Of a DNA stretch of 64,000 nucleotides, positions 40,543-49,643 are shown one piece after another. Under the pieces are notes generated by a model that had not been told where the DNA came from, ran no database searches, and worked only from the letters and a program-made list of their open reading frames with translations. This DNA comes from Capsulimonadaceae bacterium (GTDB taxonomy: Bacteria; Armatimonadota; Armatimonadia; Armatimonadales; Capsulimonadaceae): assembly GCA_965215505.1 (NCBI GenBank), contig OZ244065.1, forward strand, positions 1,568,001 to 1,632,000, given 5' to 3'. Each line of letters starts with the position of its first letter. Within the stretch, counting starts at the first letter, position 1. The position numbers were made by a program, and so were the translations under genes.

Positions 40543-41556
40543 ATGGCATATTCAGGTCATGATGAAATTGAATTAGGTTCCTTACAAGAACAACTAAAAC
40601 AATTAGTAGCAGAGCGTAGAGATAATCTAAATGGCAACATGGCATTTAGCTTTGGATATGATCCCACTGTTGCGGCTATTGAACAACAAATAAATGTAGT
40701 TCAAGCAAGAATTAACAGCATTTTTGACAGAGTAACTTCCCAATCTGAAGGAAGCAAGAATTCACATAAGGTTGTAATATATGATGAGGAGTGCGAAGAG
40801 TACACGCATTTTGAGGTTGGGGATATTGTCAGTAGTAATTCTGGTAACTATTACGCTGTAAACCGCGAGGCAGCACTTGGACCTATTCTAGAGAAGTGTC
40901 AAGTAGGCCAAACGATAAGTCTTGGCTTGGTCGTTTCCGTCGATGATAGTCCTTTGTTGCCAAAACATGAGCATGAAGCAGCCAAACTAAAATATGCAGA
41001 GGCCAAAGAATTAGTCAGATTGGCAGCGGAAAGACATGCGAGACAACTTATTCTTGCAGAAGAATTAGAGCGACAACAACGCCAAAAGTTACACGCTGAG
41101 AATGAGGCGAAGGCGAGGCGTCAGCGGCATATAGAGCAGGAACAAAGGCGACAGAAAGAGAAAAAGCATCAGCAAGAGATAGAAAGGCAACTGTCTGAAG
41201 CTAGAGAGGTGCCTTACATTACGATAGATGAAGCAAAATCACGTCTGCAAGAAATCAGAACCAAATACCACACAGGTAATGCGGATAAGTCAGCTACTAT
41301 ACATGATCTATCGGTTTTACAAATAAGGTGCCAGAAAAGCTTCGCGGCAGCTTCTTCTCATCAGAGTGATTCATCAGGTGCAGGAGCAATCATAGGGGGA
41401 CTGATTGGCTTCATTGGCGGCCCGATAGGAGCCATGATTGGGGCAGGCATCGGAGCTGCCCTTGGCAGTACCGGTAAGGAAGCCTCAGAGAAAGACAGTT
41501 GGGGTCGCCCGATGCGGAATTTAGAAGCGTTCTTGGAGAAGCTATCCAATCGATGA
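40543..41556 (+). CDS. GreA/B-like N-terminus, coiled coil and glycine zipper (cassette 3)
   Basis: N-terminal coiled hairpin plus AALGPILEKCQVGQTI; C-terminal GAIIGGLIGFIGGPIGAMIGAGIGAALG. Confidence 0.6.
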   Translation: MAYSGHDEIELGSLQEQLKQLVAERRDNLNGNMAFSFGYDPTVAAIEQQINVVQARINSIFDRVTSQSEGSKNSHKVVIYDEECEEYTHFEVGDIVSSNSGNYYAVNREAALGPILEKCQVGQTISLGLVVSVDDSPLLPKHEHEAAKLKYAEAKELVRLAAERHARQLILAEELERQQRQKLHAENEAKARRQRHIEQEQRRQKEKKHQQEIERQLSEAREVPYITIDEAKSRLQEIRTKYHTGNADKSATIHDLSVLQIRCQKSFAAASSHQSDSSGAGAIIGGLIGFIGGPIGAMIGAGIGAALGSTGKEASEKDSWGRPMRNLEAFLEKLSNR

Positions 41557-42086
41557 GCTGACGCACTTGATGTACAACAACTGGTCCAGCAAAGCGTTGC
41601 ACCCGACGCCATCCGCGTCTTTATCTCTACTGGAACAATGCTCAAGAAGCCTACCTTAAGACAACGCGCCAGCCGAACATCATCCGGTGACAGCGATGAC
41701 ACGAACTTACGAGCCGGAGGAGTCCGAGGCAGACACGGACGAGGAGCGCCCCATTGCTGTTCTCGCGGAGAGGCGGCGGCAGTTCCTCTCGATGTTGAAC
41801 GCGCGGGAGCCTCAGTCAGATCAATAGAACGCCCGACGCATCTGCGGCGGGCGTTCTGCTGTCAAAGGCAGTGCATATCGGGTATAATGGTAGACAAGTA
41901 AGTCATCCCAGGCAGGTACGGGCAGGGAGACGCTAACGCAGCAAACACAAAAAATGCGAGAACGAACTGGCGGCGGAGAGCGCAAGGGGACGCGGAAAAT
42001 CGTTGTTATGCAAATTTGTCGAAACGAACTCCCCGCGCACTCTGCTCCACCACCTTTCGCAGCACCCAGGGCGAGGGCTTATGGAG

Positions 42087-42290
42087 GGGAGGCACAGGGG
42101 CCTCCCCCTACGCGCCCCTGGAGTTCCCGCCAGGCATTCTGTCACGGGTAGGGGCAACCCCCTGTGGTTGCCCTCCGTTGTGGTTGCCCTCCGTTGTGGT
42201 TGCCCTCCGTTGTGGTTGCCCTCCGTTGTGGTTGCCCTCCGTTGTGGTTGCCCTCCGTTGTGGTTGCCCTCCGTTGTGGTTGCCCTCCGT
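42087..42290. repeat. REP doublet with 8 x 16-bp tandem expansion (TGTGGTTGCCCTCCGT)
   Basis: Inverted REP 42087-42111, GTAGGGGCAACCCCCTGTGGTTGCCC at 42148, exact units 42163-42290 without spacers. Confidence 0.9.
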
Positions 42291-42385
42291 AGGCAGTCGC
42301 ACCGCAGCACCCCCTATGTCTACGGCGGGCGTTCTCGTTGTGGTACAATGCCACCATCAAGTCTCGGCATCGCAGGAGGTGTGGA

Positions 42386-42700
42386 ATGTCTGTCACTGCT
42401 ACAGCGGCCCCGACTTATCAGGCGGAAGAAACCGACGAAAAGATGCAAAGGGCGAAAGCCCTCTACGAGAGCAAGCTGAAGGCGAAGCTAGAACCGGAGT
42501 TCAACAACAAGTTCATCGCCATCGAGCCGGACACGGAGGCTTACGCCATCGCCGACTCAAGCGGGAATGCGATGCGGGCGATGTACAAGACGCATCCCTC
42601 GAAGCCTGTTCTTCTGATGAAGATCGGCCCGGAGCCGGAAACCGAACTGGCGATTCGTATCCTGGGGGCGGAGGCGCTGGCAAAGATGCGGCAGAAATGA
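42386..42700 (+). CDS. small protein (DUF5678-like) paired with aspartic protease
   Basis: GGAGG RBS; LEPEFNNKFIAIEP.T..Y; ATGA overlap with the next gene. Confidence 0.65.
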   Translation: MSVTATAAPTYQAEETDEKMQRAKALYESKLKAKLEPEFNNKFIAIEPDTEAYAIADSSGNAMRAMYKTHPSKPVLLMKIGPEPETELAIRILGAEALAKMRQK

Positions 42701-43059
42701 TCCTCGGTTACACTCGGGACAGGTTCCCCCGCATCAGCCTCAGTTTGCCGGGTTTAGACGGCCCTCTCCGTGTCGAGTTCATCGTGGACACGGCCTTCGA
42801 CGGTGACTTGGCCCTGCCCACTCATCTAGTCTCGCGCCTGGAAACCGTTTATTCCGCTTCCCGCCGGGTCCGTTTGGCCGACGGCTATGAGAGCAGCCAG
42901 GCATACCGCCAGATCGAATTGACATGGGATGAGGATGTCATCCCCATCGAGGTCCTGGTCATGGAAACCACGCCGCTCATCGGCGTCCTGCTGATGAAGG
43001 ACTATTTGCTTCAAGCGGAAATGCAGGACGGCGGCGAGGTGTCGCTGGAACCGCTGTAA
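42697..43059 (+). CDS. clan AA (retropepsin-like) aspartic protease
   Basis: IVDTAFDG.L, VRLADG, PLIGV.LM. Confidence 0.8.
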   Translation: MILGYTRDRFPRISLSLPGLDGPLRVEFIVDTAFDGDLALPTHLVSRLETVYSASRRVRLADGYESSQAYRQIELTWDEDVIPIEVLVMETTPLIGVLLMKDYLLQAEMQDGGEVSLEPL

Positions 43060-43081
43060 CAGCCCAGACTGTCCCGTCGCC

Positions 43082-43110
43082 TTGACACCCGCCGGGTTTA
43101 GTGTTATCAT
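43082..43110 (+). promoter_or_regulatory. sigma70 promoter, leaderless
   Basis: TTGACA-N17-TATCAT, ATG 6 nt downstream, no RBS. Confidence 0.7.
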
Positions 43111-43116
43111 CAGGGC

Positions 43117-45699
43117 ATGCAACTTCCTAAACCCTTCCTCCGCGCTCTGCTGCCGCTGACCGCCCTCTGCGCCGTCGCGGCGTCTGCGGGCGCTCAGGCC
43201 GTATCCTCCCTCCGCCCGCCCGCCGTGCCGCTGGTGACGGACGACCCGTACCTGAGCATCTGGTCTGAGGCCGACCGCCTCACCGACAAGGCCACCGTCC
43301 ACTGGACCGGACGGCCGCACTCGCTGACGAGCATGATCCGCGTGGACGGGCAGGCCTTCCGGCTGATGGGGGCGAAGCCCGCGACTGTCCCGGCCCTGCC
43401 GCAGACGGCCCTGCGGGTGCTGCCAACGCGGACGGTCTACGACTTCGAGAACCCCGCCGTCCATGTCACGCTGACCTTCATGACGCCCAAGCTGCCCTCC
43501 GACCTGGACGTGTATGGCCGCCCCGTGACCTACCTCACCTGGGACGTGCGCGCTTTAGACGGCCGGAAGCACGCGACTTCGGTCTACTTCGACAACAGCG
43601 CCGAACTCGCCGTCAACTCGCCCGACGAGGCCGTCGTCTGGCAGCGTCAGGCGATGGGGCCGCTGACCGCCCTGCGGATCGGCACCCAGGCCCAGCCCGT
43701 GCTTGGGAGCAGGGGCGATGACATCCGCATCAACTACGGCTACGCCTACGCCGCCGCGCCTTCAGCGGGGACGCAGGCCGCGCAGGGGGCGGCAGACGTC
43801 GTGCAGGGGGCATTCGTGTCCGGCGGCAGGCTGCCGGGCCGCGAGGACACCCGGCAGCCGCGCGCCGTCAAGGACGCCATGCCCGTCTCGGCCCTGGCTT
43901 TGGATTTCGGGAAGGTCGGGGCGGCCCCGGTCTCGCACTACGTCCTGCTGGCCTATGACGAGATTTACGAGGTCCGGTTCTTCCGGCAGAATCTACACCC
44001 GTACTGGCGTCGGAACGGCGCAGGCCCTTCCGACCTGCTCCAGACGGCGGCGCGGGACTACCCGGCCTTGTCGGCGCGGTGCGCCGCCTTCGACGACTCC
44101 TTGATGGCCGACCTGACCAAGCAGGGCGGCGCGCGCTACGCCCAGATCGCCGCCCTGGCCTACCGGGAGGCCATCGCGGGCACGGGCCTTGCCGCCGACG
44201 CCGACGGGAAGCCGCTGCTGTTCACCAAGGAGAACACCTCCAACGGCGACATCGCGACCGTGGACGTCATCTTCCCCGCCGACCCGATCTTCGTGCTGTT
44301 CTCCCCCGCCCTGGCGAAAGCCTCGCTCGTCCCCGTCCTGCTCTATGCGGACTCGCCGCACTGGAAGTTCCCCAATGCGCCGCACGACCTGGGGACGTAC
44401 CCCGTCGCCAGCGGGACCGATGACGGCGGCGAGGGCATGCCGGTCGAGGAGAGCGGCAACATGCTGATCCTCCTGGACGCCATCGCCAAGGAGGACGGCA
44501 ACGCGGGCTTCGCCTCCCGGTGGTGGCCCAAGGTAACGCAGTGGGCCGAGTACCTCCAGTCTTACGGCCTGGACCCCGAGGACCAGCTCTGCACCGACGA
44601 CTTCATGGGGCACCTGGCGCACAACTCCAACCTGTCCGTCAAGGCAATCATCGGCCTGGCCGCCTACGGGGACATGTGCCGGATGCGCGGCGACAACGCG
44701 GCGGCGGAGAAGTACTCCGCCATGGCGAACGGCTTCGCGAAACACTGGGTCCAGGCGGCGGGCGACGGCAACCACTCCCGGTTGGCCTTCGACAAGCCGA
44801 ACACCTGGAGCCAGAAGTACAACCTGGTCTGGGACCAGATCCTGAACCTGCACGTCTTCCCTCCTGCGGTCGCGTCGTCCGAGGTCGCCTACTACAAGAC
44901 GGTCATGCAGCCTTACGGCGTCCCGCTCGACTCGCGGACGCACGGGACCAAGACGGACTGGTCCATCTGGAGCGCCACGATGGCGGACGACCGGGCCGAT
45001 TTCGAGACTCTGGTTTCGCCGATCTACGATTATCTGAACACGACCACCGCACGTCAGCCATTAGCAGACCAGTATGCGACCGACGACATCAAAAGCGTCG
45101 GCATGCACGCCCGCCCGGTCGTCGGCGGCCTGTTCATCAAGATGCTGTCCGACCCCGCCCTGTGGTTCAAGTGGTCCGCGCGCGGCGCGGACGTGCGCGG
45201 GGCGTGGGCACCCTTCCCCGCCCAGCCGACCCTGGAAACCGTCGTGCCCACGTCGCAGGTCACGCCCATCGTCTGGCGCTACACGACCACGGCCGGCAAG
45301 CCCGCCGCCGACTGGTACAAGGCCGGCTTTGACGACTCGGCCTGGAAGGAGGGGCCGGCGGGCTTCGGCACCGACCCGCCCGGCGTCAAACCTAACACGG
45401 TCTGGTCGGACTCGCCCGGCGACCTCTGGATACGGAGGAAGTTCGACATGCCCGCCGGCAGGTTCGGCGACCTGGAGTTCCTGTGCTACCACGACGAGGA
45501 CGTCGAGATCTACATCAACGGCGTCCTCGCCGCCGGCGCGAACGGCTTCACGTCCTCCTACGACACCCTCCCCCTGTCGGCGGCGGGCCGCGCCGCGTTG
45601 CACACCGGCACGAACGTCATCGCCGCCCACTGCCACCAGACGACGGGCGGCCAGTTCCTAGACATTGGCCTGGTCAACGTCACAACCCCCGCGCACTAG
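43117..45699 (+). CDS. exported glutaminase A-like protein (DUF5127/DUF4965) with C-terminal sugar-binding-like domain
   Basis: RPPAVPLV..DPY.SIWS, KENTSNG...TVDV.FP, MPVEESGNM, QLCTDDF, WSQKYN. Confidence 0.85.
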   Translation: MQLPKPFLRALLPLTALCAVAASAGAQAVSSLRPPAVPLVTDDPYLSIWSEADRLTDKATVHWTGRPHSLTSMIRVDGQAFRLMGAKPATVPALPQTALRVLPTRTVYDFENPAVHVTLTFMTPKLPSDLDVYGRPVTYLTWDVRALDGRKHATSVYFDNSAELAVNSPDEAVVWQRQAMGPLTALRIGTQAQPVLGSRGDDIRINYGYAYAAAPSAGTQAAQGAADVVQGAFVSGGRLPGREDTRQPRAVKDAMPVSALALDFGKVGAAPVSHYVLLAYDEIYEVRFFRQNLHPYWRRNGAGPSDLLQTAARDYPALSARCAAFDDSLMADLTKQGGARYAQIAALAYREAIAGTGLAADADGKPLLFTKENTSNGDIATVDVIFPADPIFVLFSPALAKASLVPVLLYADSPHWKFPNAPHDLGTYPVASGTDDGGEGMPVEESGNMLILLDAIAKEDGNAGFASRWWPKVTQWAEYLQSYGLDPEDQLCTDDFMGHLAHNSNLSVKAIIGLAAYGDMCRMRGDNAAAEKYSAMANGFAKHWVQAAGDGNHSRLAFDKPNTWSQKYNLVWDQILNLHVFPPAVASSEVAYYKTVMQPYGVPLDSRTHGTKTDWSIWSATMADDRADFETLVSPIYDYLNTTTARQPLADQYATDDIKSVGMHARPVVGGLFIKMLSDPALWFKWSARGADVRGAWAPFPAQPTLETVVPTSQVTPIVWRYTTTAGKPAADWYKAGFDDSAWKEGPAGFGTDPPGVKPNTVWSDSPGDLWIRRKFDMPAGRFGDLEFLCYHDEDVEIYINGVLAAGANGFTSSYDTLPLSAAGRAALHTGTNVIAAHCHQTTGGQFLDIGLVNVTTPAH

Positions 45700-45716
45700 G
45701 CGCAGCGGGAGGCAGC

Positions 45717-45757
45717 AAAACGCCGGGGCGCGAATGATCGCGCCCCGGCGTTTCTTT
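45717..45757. terminator. bidirectional terminator
   Basis: AAAACGCCGGGGCGCGA...TCGCGCCCCGGCGTTT between convergent genes. Confidence 0.8.
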
Positions 45758-45763
45758 GTTCGG

Positions 45764-46621
45764 TCACATATACCCCGCCGCGCCCAGCAGTTCGCGGGTT
45801 TCGTCGTCCGCCTCGCCGGATTCTAGGAGCCGCTTGGTCAAGGCATCAGAGGGCTTCTGTCCGTAGATGGCGGACTTCATCCAGGCGGGGCCGTAGCCGA
45901 ACAGCAGCAGGCGGCGGAGGGTGCCGCCGGGGCGGGTAGGCAGGGCGCGGTGCCACAGATTGCCATGGGCGAAGACGCAGCTCCCCGCCGGGAGCGAGAG
46001 AACGACCTGACCGGGCTTGTCGGCGAAGTCGCCGGCCGCCAGCGCATCGGCCTGACGGGCGTGTGAGCCGGGGACTACGCAGAGCGGGCCGTTCAGCTCG
46101 TTCGTGTCGTCTAGGTACAAAAGAATGTCCAGCGTGTTCGGGGGCGAGTACCAGGCGGGAAGCGGGTCCGGGACGACGCGCTGGTGGAAGTGCCACTCCG
46201 TCTCCTGGTGCGGGTCGTCGGGGTAACAGATGCGGCCCGTGAAGCCGCGCACGGAGACGGCGGGGCCGAGCAGTGCGCGGGCGATGGAGAGGGTCGGCGC
46301 GAACTTCAAGAAGTCCAGGAAGGCAGTGTGCTTATCCATCAGGTGCCGGATGAAGACGCCGCCGAAGCTCTTGCCGCCGCCCTTCTCCAGCGTCTCGTCC
46401 TGCGCGACCGTCTCATCCAAGGCCGCCCGCAGGCGCTCCACCTCGGCCATCGGCAGCAGGCGCTCGCGGACGAGGTAGCCCTGCATAGCAAGATGGGCAA
46501 GTTCTTCCGAGGTCGCCAGTGCCTCCACCTGCCGCTTTGGAAAAGCCCGGTGGGCGTCGTTCGTCTGGTAGTCAATCACGGTGCGGCCTGGGATACTGCC
46601 TTCGTTGTAGGCGATGCTCAT
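45764..46621 (-). CDS. phytanoyl-CoA dioxygenase family protein
   Basis: GYLV..L, WHFH, LYLDD...NGPL.VVPGSH, LWHRA. Confidence 0.85.
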   Translation of the reverse strand: MSIAYNEGSIPGRTVIDYQTNDAHRAFPKRQVEALATSEELAHLAMQGYLVRERLLPMAEVERLRAALDETVAQDETLEKGGGKSFGGVFIRHLMDKHTAFLDFLKFAPTLSIARALLGPAVSVRGFTGRICYPDDPHQETEWHFHQRVVPDPLPAWYSPPNTLDILLYLDDTNELNGPLCVVPGSHARQADALAAGDFADKPGQVVLSLPAGSCVFAHGNLWHRALPTRPGGTLRRLLLFGYGPAWMKSAIYGQKPSDALTKRLLESGEADDETRELLGAAGYM

Positions 46622-49620
46622 GCGTGTTTTCCTTCCAATAGCTTTAGCAGACTATCCAGCGGATAGGTCTTGCCGGCCTGGGTTTCCAATCTCGTCGTCC
46701 GGTCGCCAAGGCGCACGGCGCACGGGCCGCCGACGTGGGAAAGAATCGCGACTCGCGTCAGCCTGCCCTCGTGCCAGGTCATATTTACCTCAAAGCCGCC
46801 CCGCGCCCGCAGGCCGCCCACCGAGCCGGAAGGCCAGGCGGAGGGCAGGGACGGGAGCAGGTGCAGGTCGCCCTCGTGGCTTTGCAGAAGCATCTCGCAG
46901 ACCCCGGAGACCGCGCCGAAGTTGCCGTCTATTTGGAACGGCGGGTGCAGGTCGAACAGGTTGGGGGCGGTCCGGTCCGGCGTCAGCAGCATCCGGACCA
47001 GCTTGTGGGCGTGGTCGCCGTCCCCGAGACGCGCCCAGAGGTTGATCTTCCAGGCCAGCGACCAGCCGGTCGCCTCGTCCCCGCGCGTCTCCAGCGACTT
47101 GCGGGCGGCGTCAAACAGGGCGGGGGTCCCGCGCCGGGTGATCTGGTGGCTGGGGAACAGGCCGTACAGGTGCGAGACGTGCCGGTGGTGCTGCTCCGGT
47201 GCCCCCGCGTCCCAGTCCTCCAGCCACTCCTGGAGCTGACCCGCCTGCCCGATCTGCATGGGGGCGAGACGGACGCGGGCGGCCCGCACCTGGGCGCGGA
47301 AGTCGGCGTCCGTGCCTAGAACCTCGGACGCCTGGGCGCAGGCGTCGAAGAGGTCGCGCAAAATCTGCATGTCCATCGTCGGCCCCGCGCAGACGTTCGC
47401 TCCGGGGTGGTGCGGGTTTTCGGGCGACACGGAGGGGTTCGTGACCAGCCACTTGTGCGTCGGCTCCTCGACCAGCGTGTCTAAAAAGAACTCCCCCGCA
47501 CCCTTCATCATGGGGTAATGGGTCTTCAAAGCCTCTTTGTCGCGCGTGAACTCGTAGTGGTCCCAGAACGATTTACACAACCATGCGCCGCCGGTCGGCC
47601 ACATCCCCGGCTCGGCGTAGTCCACGGGGGCAGTCCCGCGCCAGCCGTCGGTGTTGTGGTGGCAGACCCAGCCGCCCGCGCCGTACTGCACTCTGGCCGT
47701 GTTCCTCCCTGCGTCCGCCAGCTCGCCGATCATGCTGAACAGGGGCGCGTAGCACTCCAACAGGTTGGCCGGTGCCGCAGGCCAGTAGTTCATCTCCGTG
47801 TTGATGTTGACCGTGTACTTGCTGCCCCACGGCGGGGAGAGGCTGTCGTTCCACAGCCCTTGCAGTGTGGCGGGCTGGCCGCCGGGCCGTGAGCAGGACA
47901 GGAGCAAATAGCGGCCATACTGGAAGTGCAGGGCGGCGAGCGCGGGGTCGCGTCCATCAGCAAACGCCTTGACGCGCTCGTCGGTCGGCCTGCTTGCGGC
48001 CTCCGTCGCGCCGAGATCGAGGGCGACGCGGCGGAAGGGACGCTGGTGGTTGGCGACATGAGCATCACGCAGCTTAGCGTATGGGCTGCGGGTGGCCTGT
48101 TCCAAGAAGCCCGCAGCCAACCGAGAGGGATCTCCGCTGGCATCGCGGTAGCTCTTGTAGCCGGTGCCGACGGACACCAGCACGGTCACGGTATCGGCAC
48201 CCGTCACAGTCAATCGCCCGTCCCCCGCATGAACCGTCCCACCTTCGGCCTTAGCCCATGCCAGCGCCTGGAAGTGGACGGCTCCCTTGACGCCGTTCGC
48301 GTCACCGCTAATACCGTGCAGAGCGAGTGTGTTTACGTCGGGTACAGTCACCTCGGATTTCTGCGGGCTGTCGAGGGCAGCGGTAAACGAGATACTGCCT
48401 GGCCTGTCCGCCGTCAGGCGCATGACCAGCACTTGGTGAACGGCGCTGATGAAGCACTCGCGGGTGTAGTGGACGCCGCCCGTCGTATAAGACACGCGGG
48501 CGATAGCCGTGTCCAGGTCTAGTTCGCGGCGGTAGTCGGACACCATGCCGGGCGCGGGGAAGTCGAGCGTCAGATGGCCGACGGTCTGGTAAGGCAGCTC
48601 GGGCGCGGGGATGCCCATGAACTTGGCATTGATGAGCGCCTGGGCCTCGTGCCACTCGCCGTCAACGATCAAGCGGCGTATCTCCGGCAGGACCGCCAGA
48701 CCCTCGGGATTGGCGGGAGTGTAAGGGCCGCCCGCCCAGATGGTCCCTTCGTTAAGCTGAAGCCGCTCGGTCTCGACGCCGCCGTAGACCATCGCGGCCA
48801 GGCGGCCGTTACCGAGCGGCAAGGCTTCCAGCCATTTTTTGGCCGGGCGGCGATACCAGAGCGCGAGCGGCTGCGTCGGCGGTGAGGCTTCCCCGGTGAA
48901 TATCACGTTCCTGTCTCCTGTCTCGGCCCCCAGCCTCAGAGTCACCGTCCCGGCAAGGGGCGCGATAACGCGGCCCGGCGCACTTGTGAACCGCCAGTCA
49001 CCCAACACGACGGGCAGCACAGCCGCCGACTGCGGTCCGGACGCGGCGCGGCGGGCGATCTCCGCCGCCGCCAATGCTCGCCCGTATACGGCGGCCCGCA
49101 GGATGCGGCCATGGAAGCGGTTCTCCCCGTTCGGGTCCATCCCGACCCGCAGCGGAACCGGTGCCGGAGCCAGTGGCGGGAACGCGCTGTCCGTGACGCG
49201 GGCGACCTCCTTGCCGTCAACATAAAGCGCCATGACCTTCCGCGAGGCACTGTAGACGCCGGCAACGTGGGTCCAATGGTCACTAGACAAGTGGGCATTG
49301 TAGGAACACTGGCCTTTGGCCGTGATGAGGCGGAGGGAGTTGCCGGGGTAGGTGTCCAGCAAAAAGCCGGCGTTAGTCCCCGGCGGCGACTTGTCGAGGA
49401 TGCGCCCTCCCCCCTGCGGCATGAGGTCCGCCTTCACCCAGGCTTCCAGCGTGACGGCATCAGCACGATCGAGGGCGCGTTCCCCGGCGGCCTGATAGAT
49501 CGGCCCGTTCTCAGACAGCGCCAGCCCTCCGGGCGCGGGCGTGTCCGCCCGGCTTGAGCGTTGGAGGGATGCAGCGGCTAGGGCGGCGAGACCCGCTTGA
49601 AGGAACTGACGACGTTTCAT
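46618..49620 (-). CDS. GH95 alpha-L-fucosidase with Tat signal and LamG domain
   Basis: RRQFL, LWY.RPA..W.EALPLGNG, FQYGRYLL, NINTEMNYW, HRHVSHL, FQIDGNFG. Confidence 0.92.
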   Translation of the reverse strand: MKRRQFLQAGLAALAAASLQRSSRADTPAPGGLALSENGPIYQAAGERALDRADAVTLEAWVKADLMPQGGGRILDKSPPGTNAGFLLDTYPGNSLRLITAKGQCSYNAHLSSDHWTHVAGVYSASRKVMALYVDGKEVARVTDSAFPPLAPAPVPLRVGMDPNGENRFHGRILRAAVYGRALAAAEIARRAASGPQSAAVLPVVLGDWRFTSAPGRVIAPLAGTVTLRLGAETGDRNVIFTGEASPPTQPLALWYRRPAKKWLEALPLGNGRLAAMVYGGVETERLQLNEGTIWAGGPYTPANPEGLAVLPEIRRLIVDGEWHEAQALINAKFMGIPAPELPYQTVGHLTLDFPAPGMVSDYRRELDLDTAIARVSYTTGGVHYTRECFISAVHQVLVMRLTADRPGSISFTAALDSPQKSEVTVPDVNTLALHGISGDANGVKGAVHFQALAWAKAEGGTVHAGDGRLTVTGADTVTVLVSVGTGYKSYRDASGDPSRLAAGFLEQATRSPYAKLRDAHVANHQRPFRRVALDLGATEAASRPTDERVKAFADGRDPALAALHFQYGRYLLLSCSRPGGQPATLQGLWNDSLSPPWGSKYTVNINTEMNYWPAAPANLLECYAPLFSMIGELADAGRNTARVQYGAGGWVCHHNTDGWRGTAPVDYAEPGMWPTGGAWLCKSFWDHYEFTRDKEALKTHYPMMKGAGEFFLDTLVEEPTHKWLVTNPSVSPENPHHPGANVCAGPTMDMQILRDLFDACAQASEVLGTDADFRAQVRAARVRLAPMQIGQAGQLQEWLEDWDAGAPEQHHRHVSHLYGLFPSHQITRRGTPALFDAARKSLETRGDEATGWSLAWKINLWARLGDGDHAHKLVRMLLTPDRTAPNLFDLHPPFQIDGNFGAVSGVCEMLLQSHEGDLHLLPSLPSAWPSGSVGGLRARGGFEVNMTWHEGRLTRVAILSHVGGPCAVRLGDRTTRLETQAGKTYPLDSLLKLLEGKHA

Positions 49621-49643
49621 GGCATGACCTTTGGGACGAGGTT

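Larger units (their letters stand above)
38573..41611 (+). mobile_element. integron gene-cassette array without integrase (CALIN-like)
   Basis: Co-oriented low-GC ORFs separated by attC-like sites at 39745, 40386 and 41584 (half site); first crossover GTTGGGC at 38573. Confidence 0.75.

Noticed and set aside
42163-42290. Possible CRISPR array
   Set aside because: Exact 16-bp units abut with no spacers and there are no cas genes; this is a REP-derived tandem repeat.
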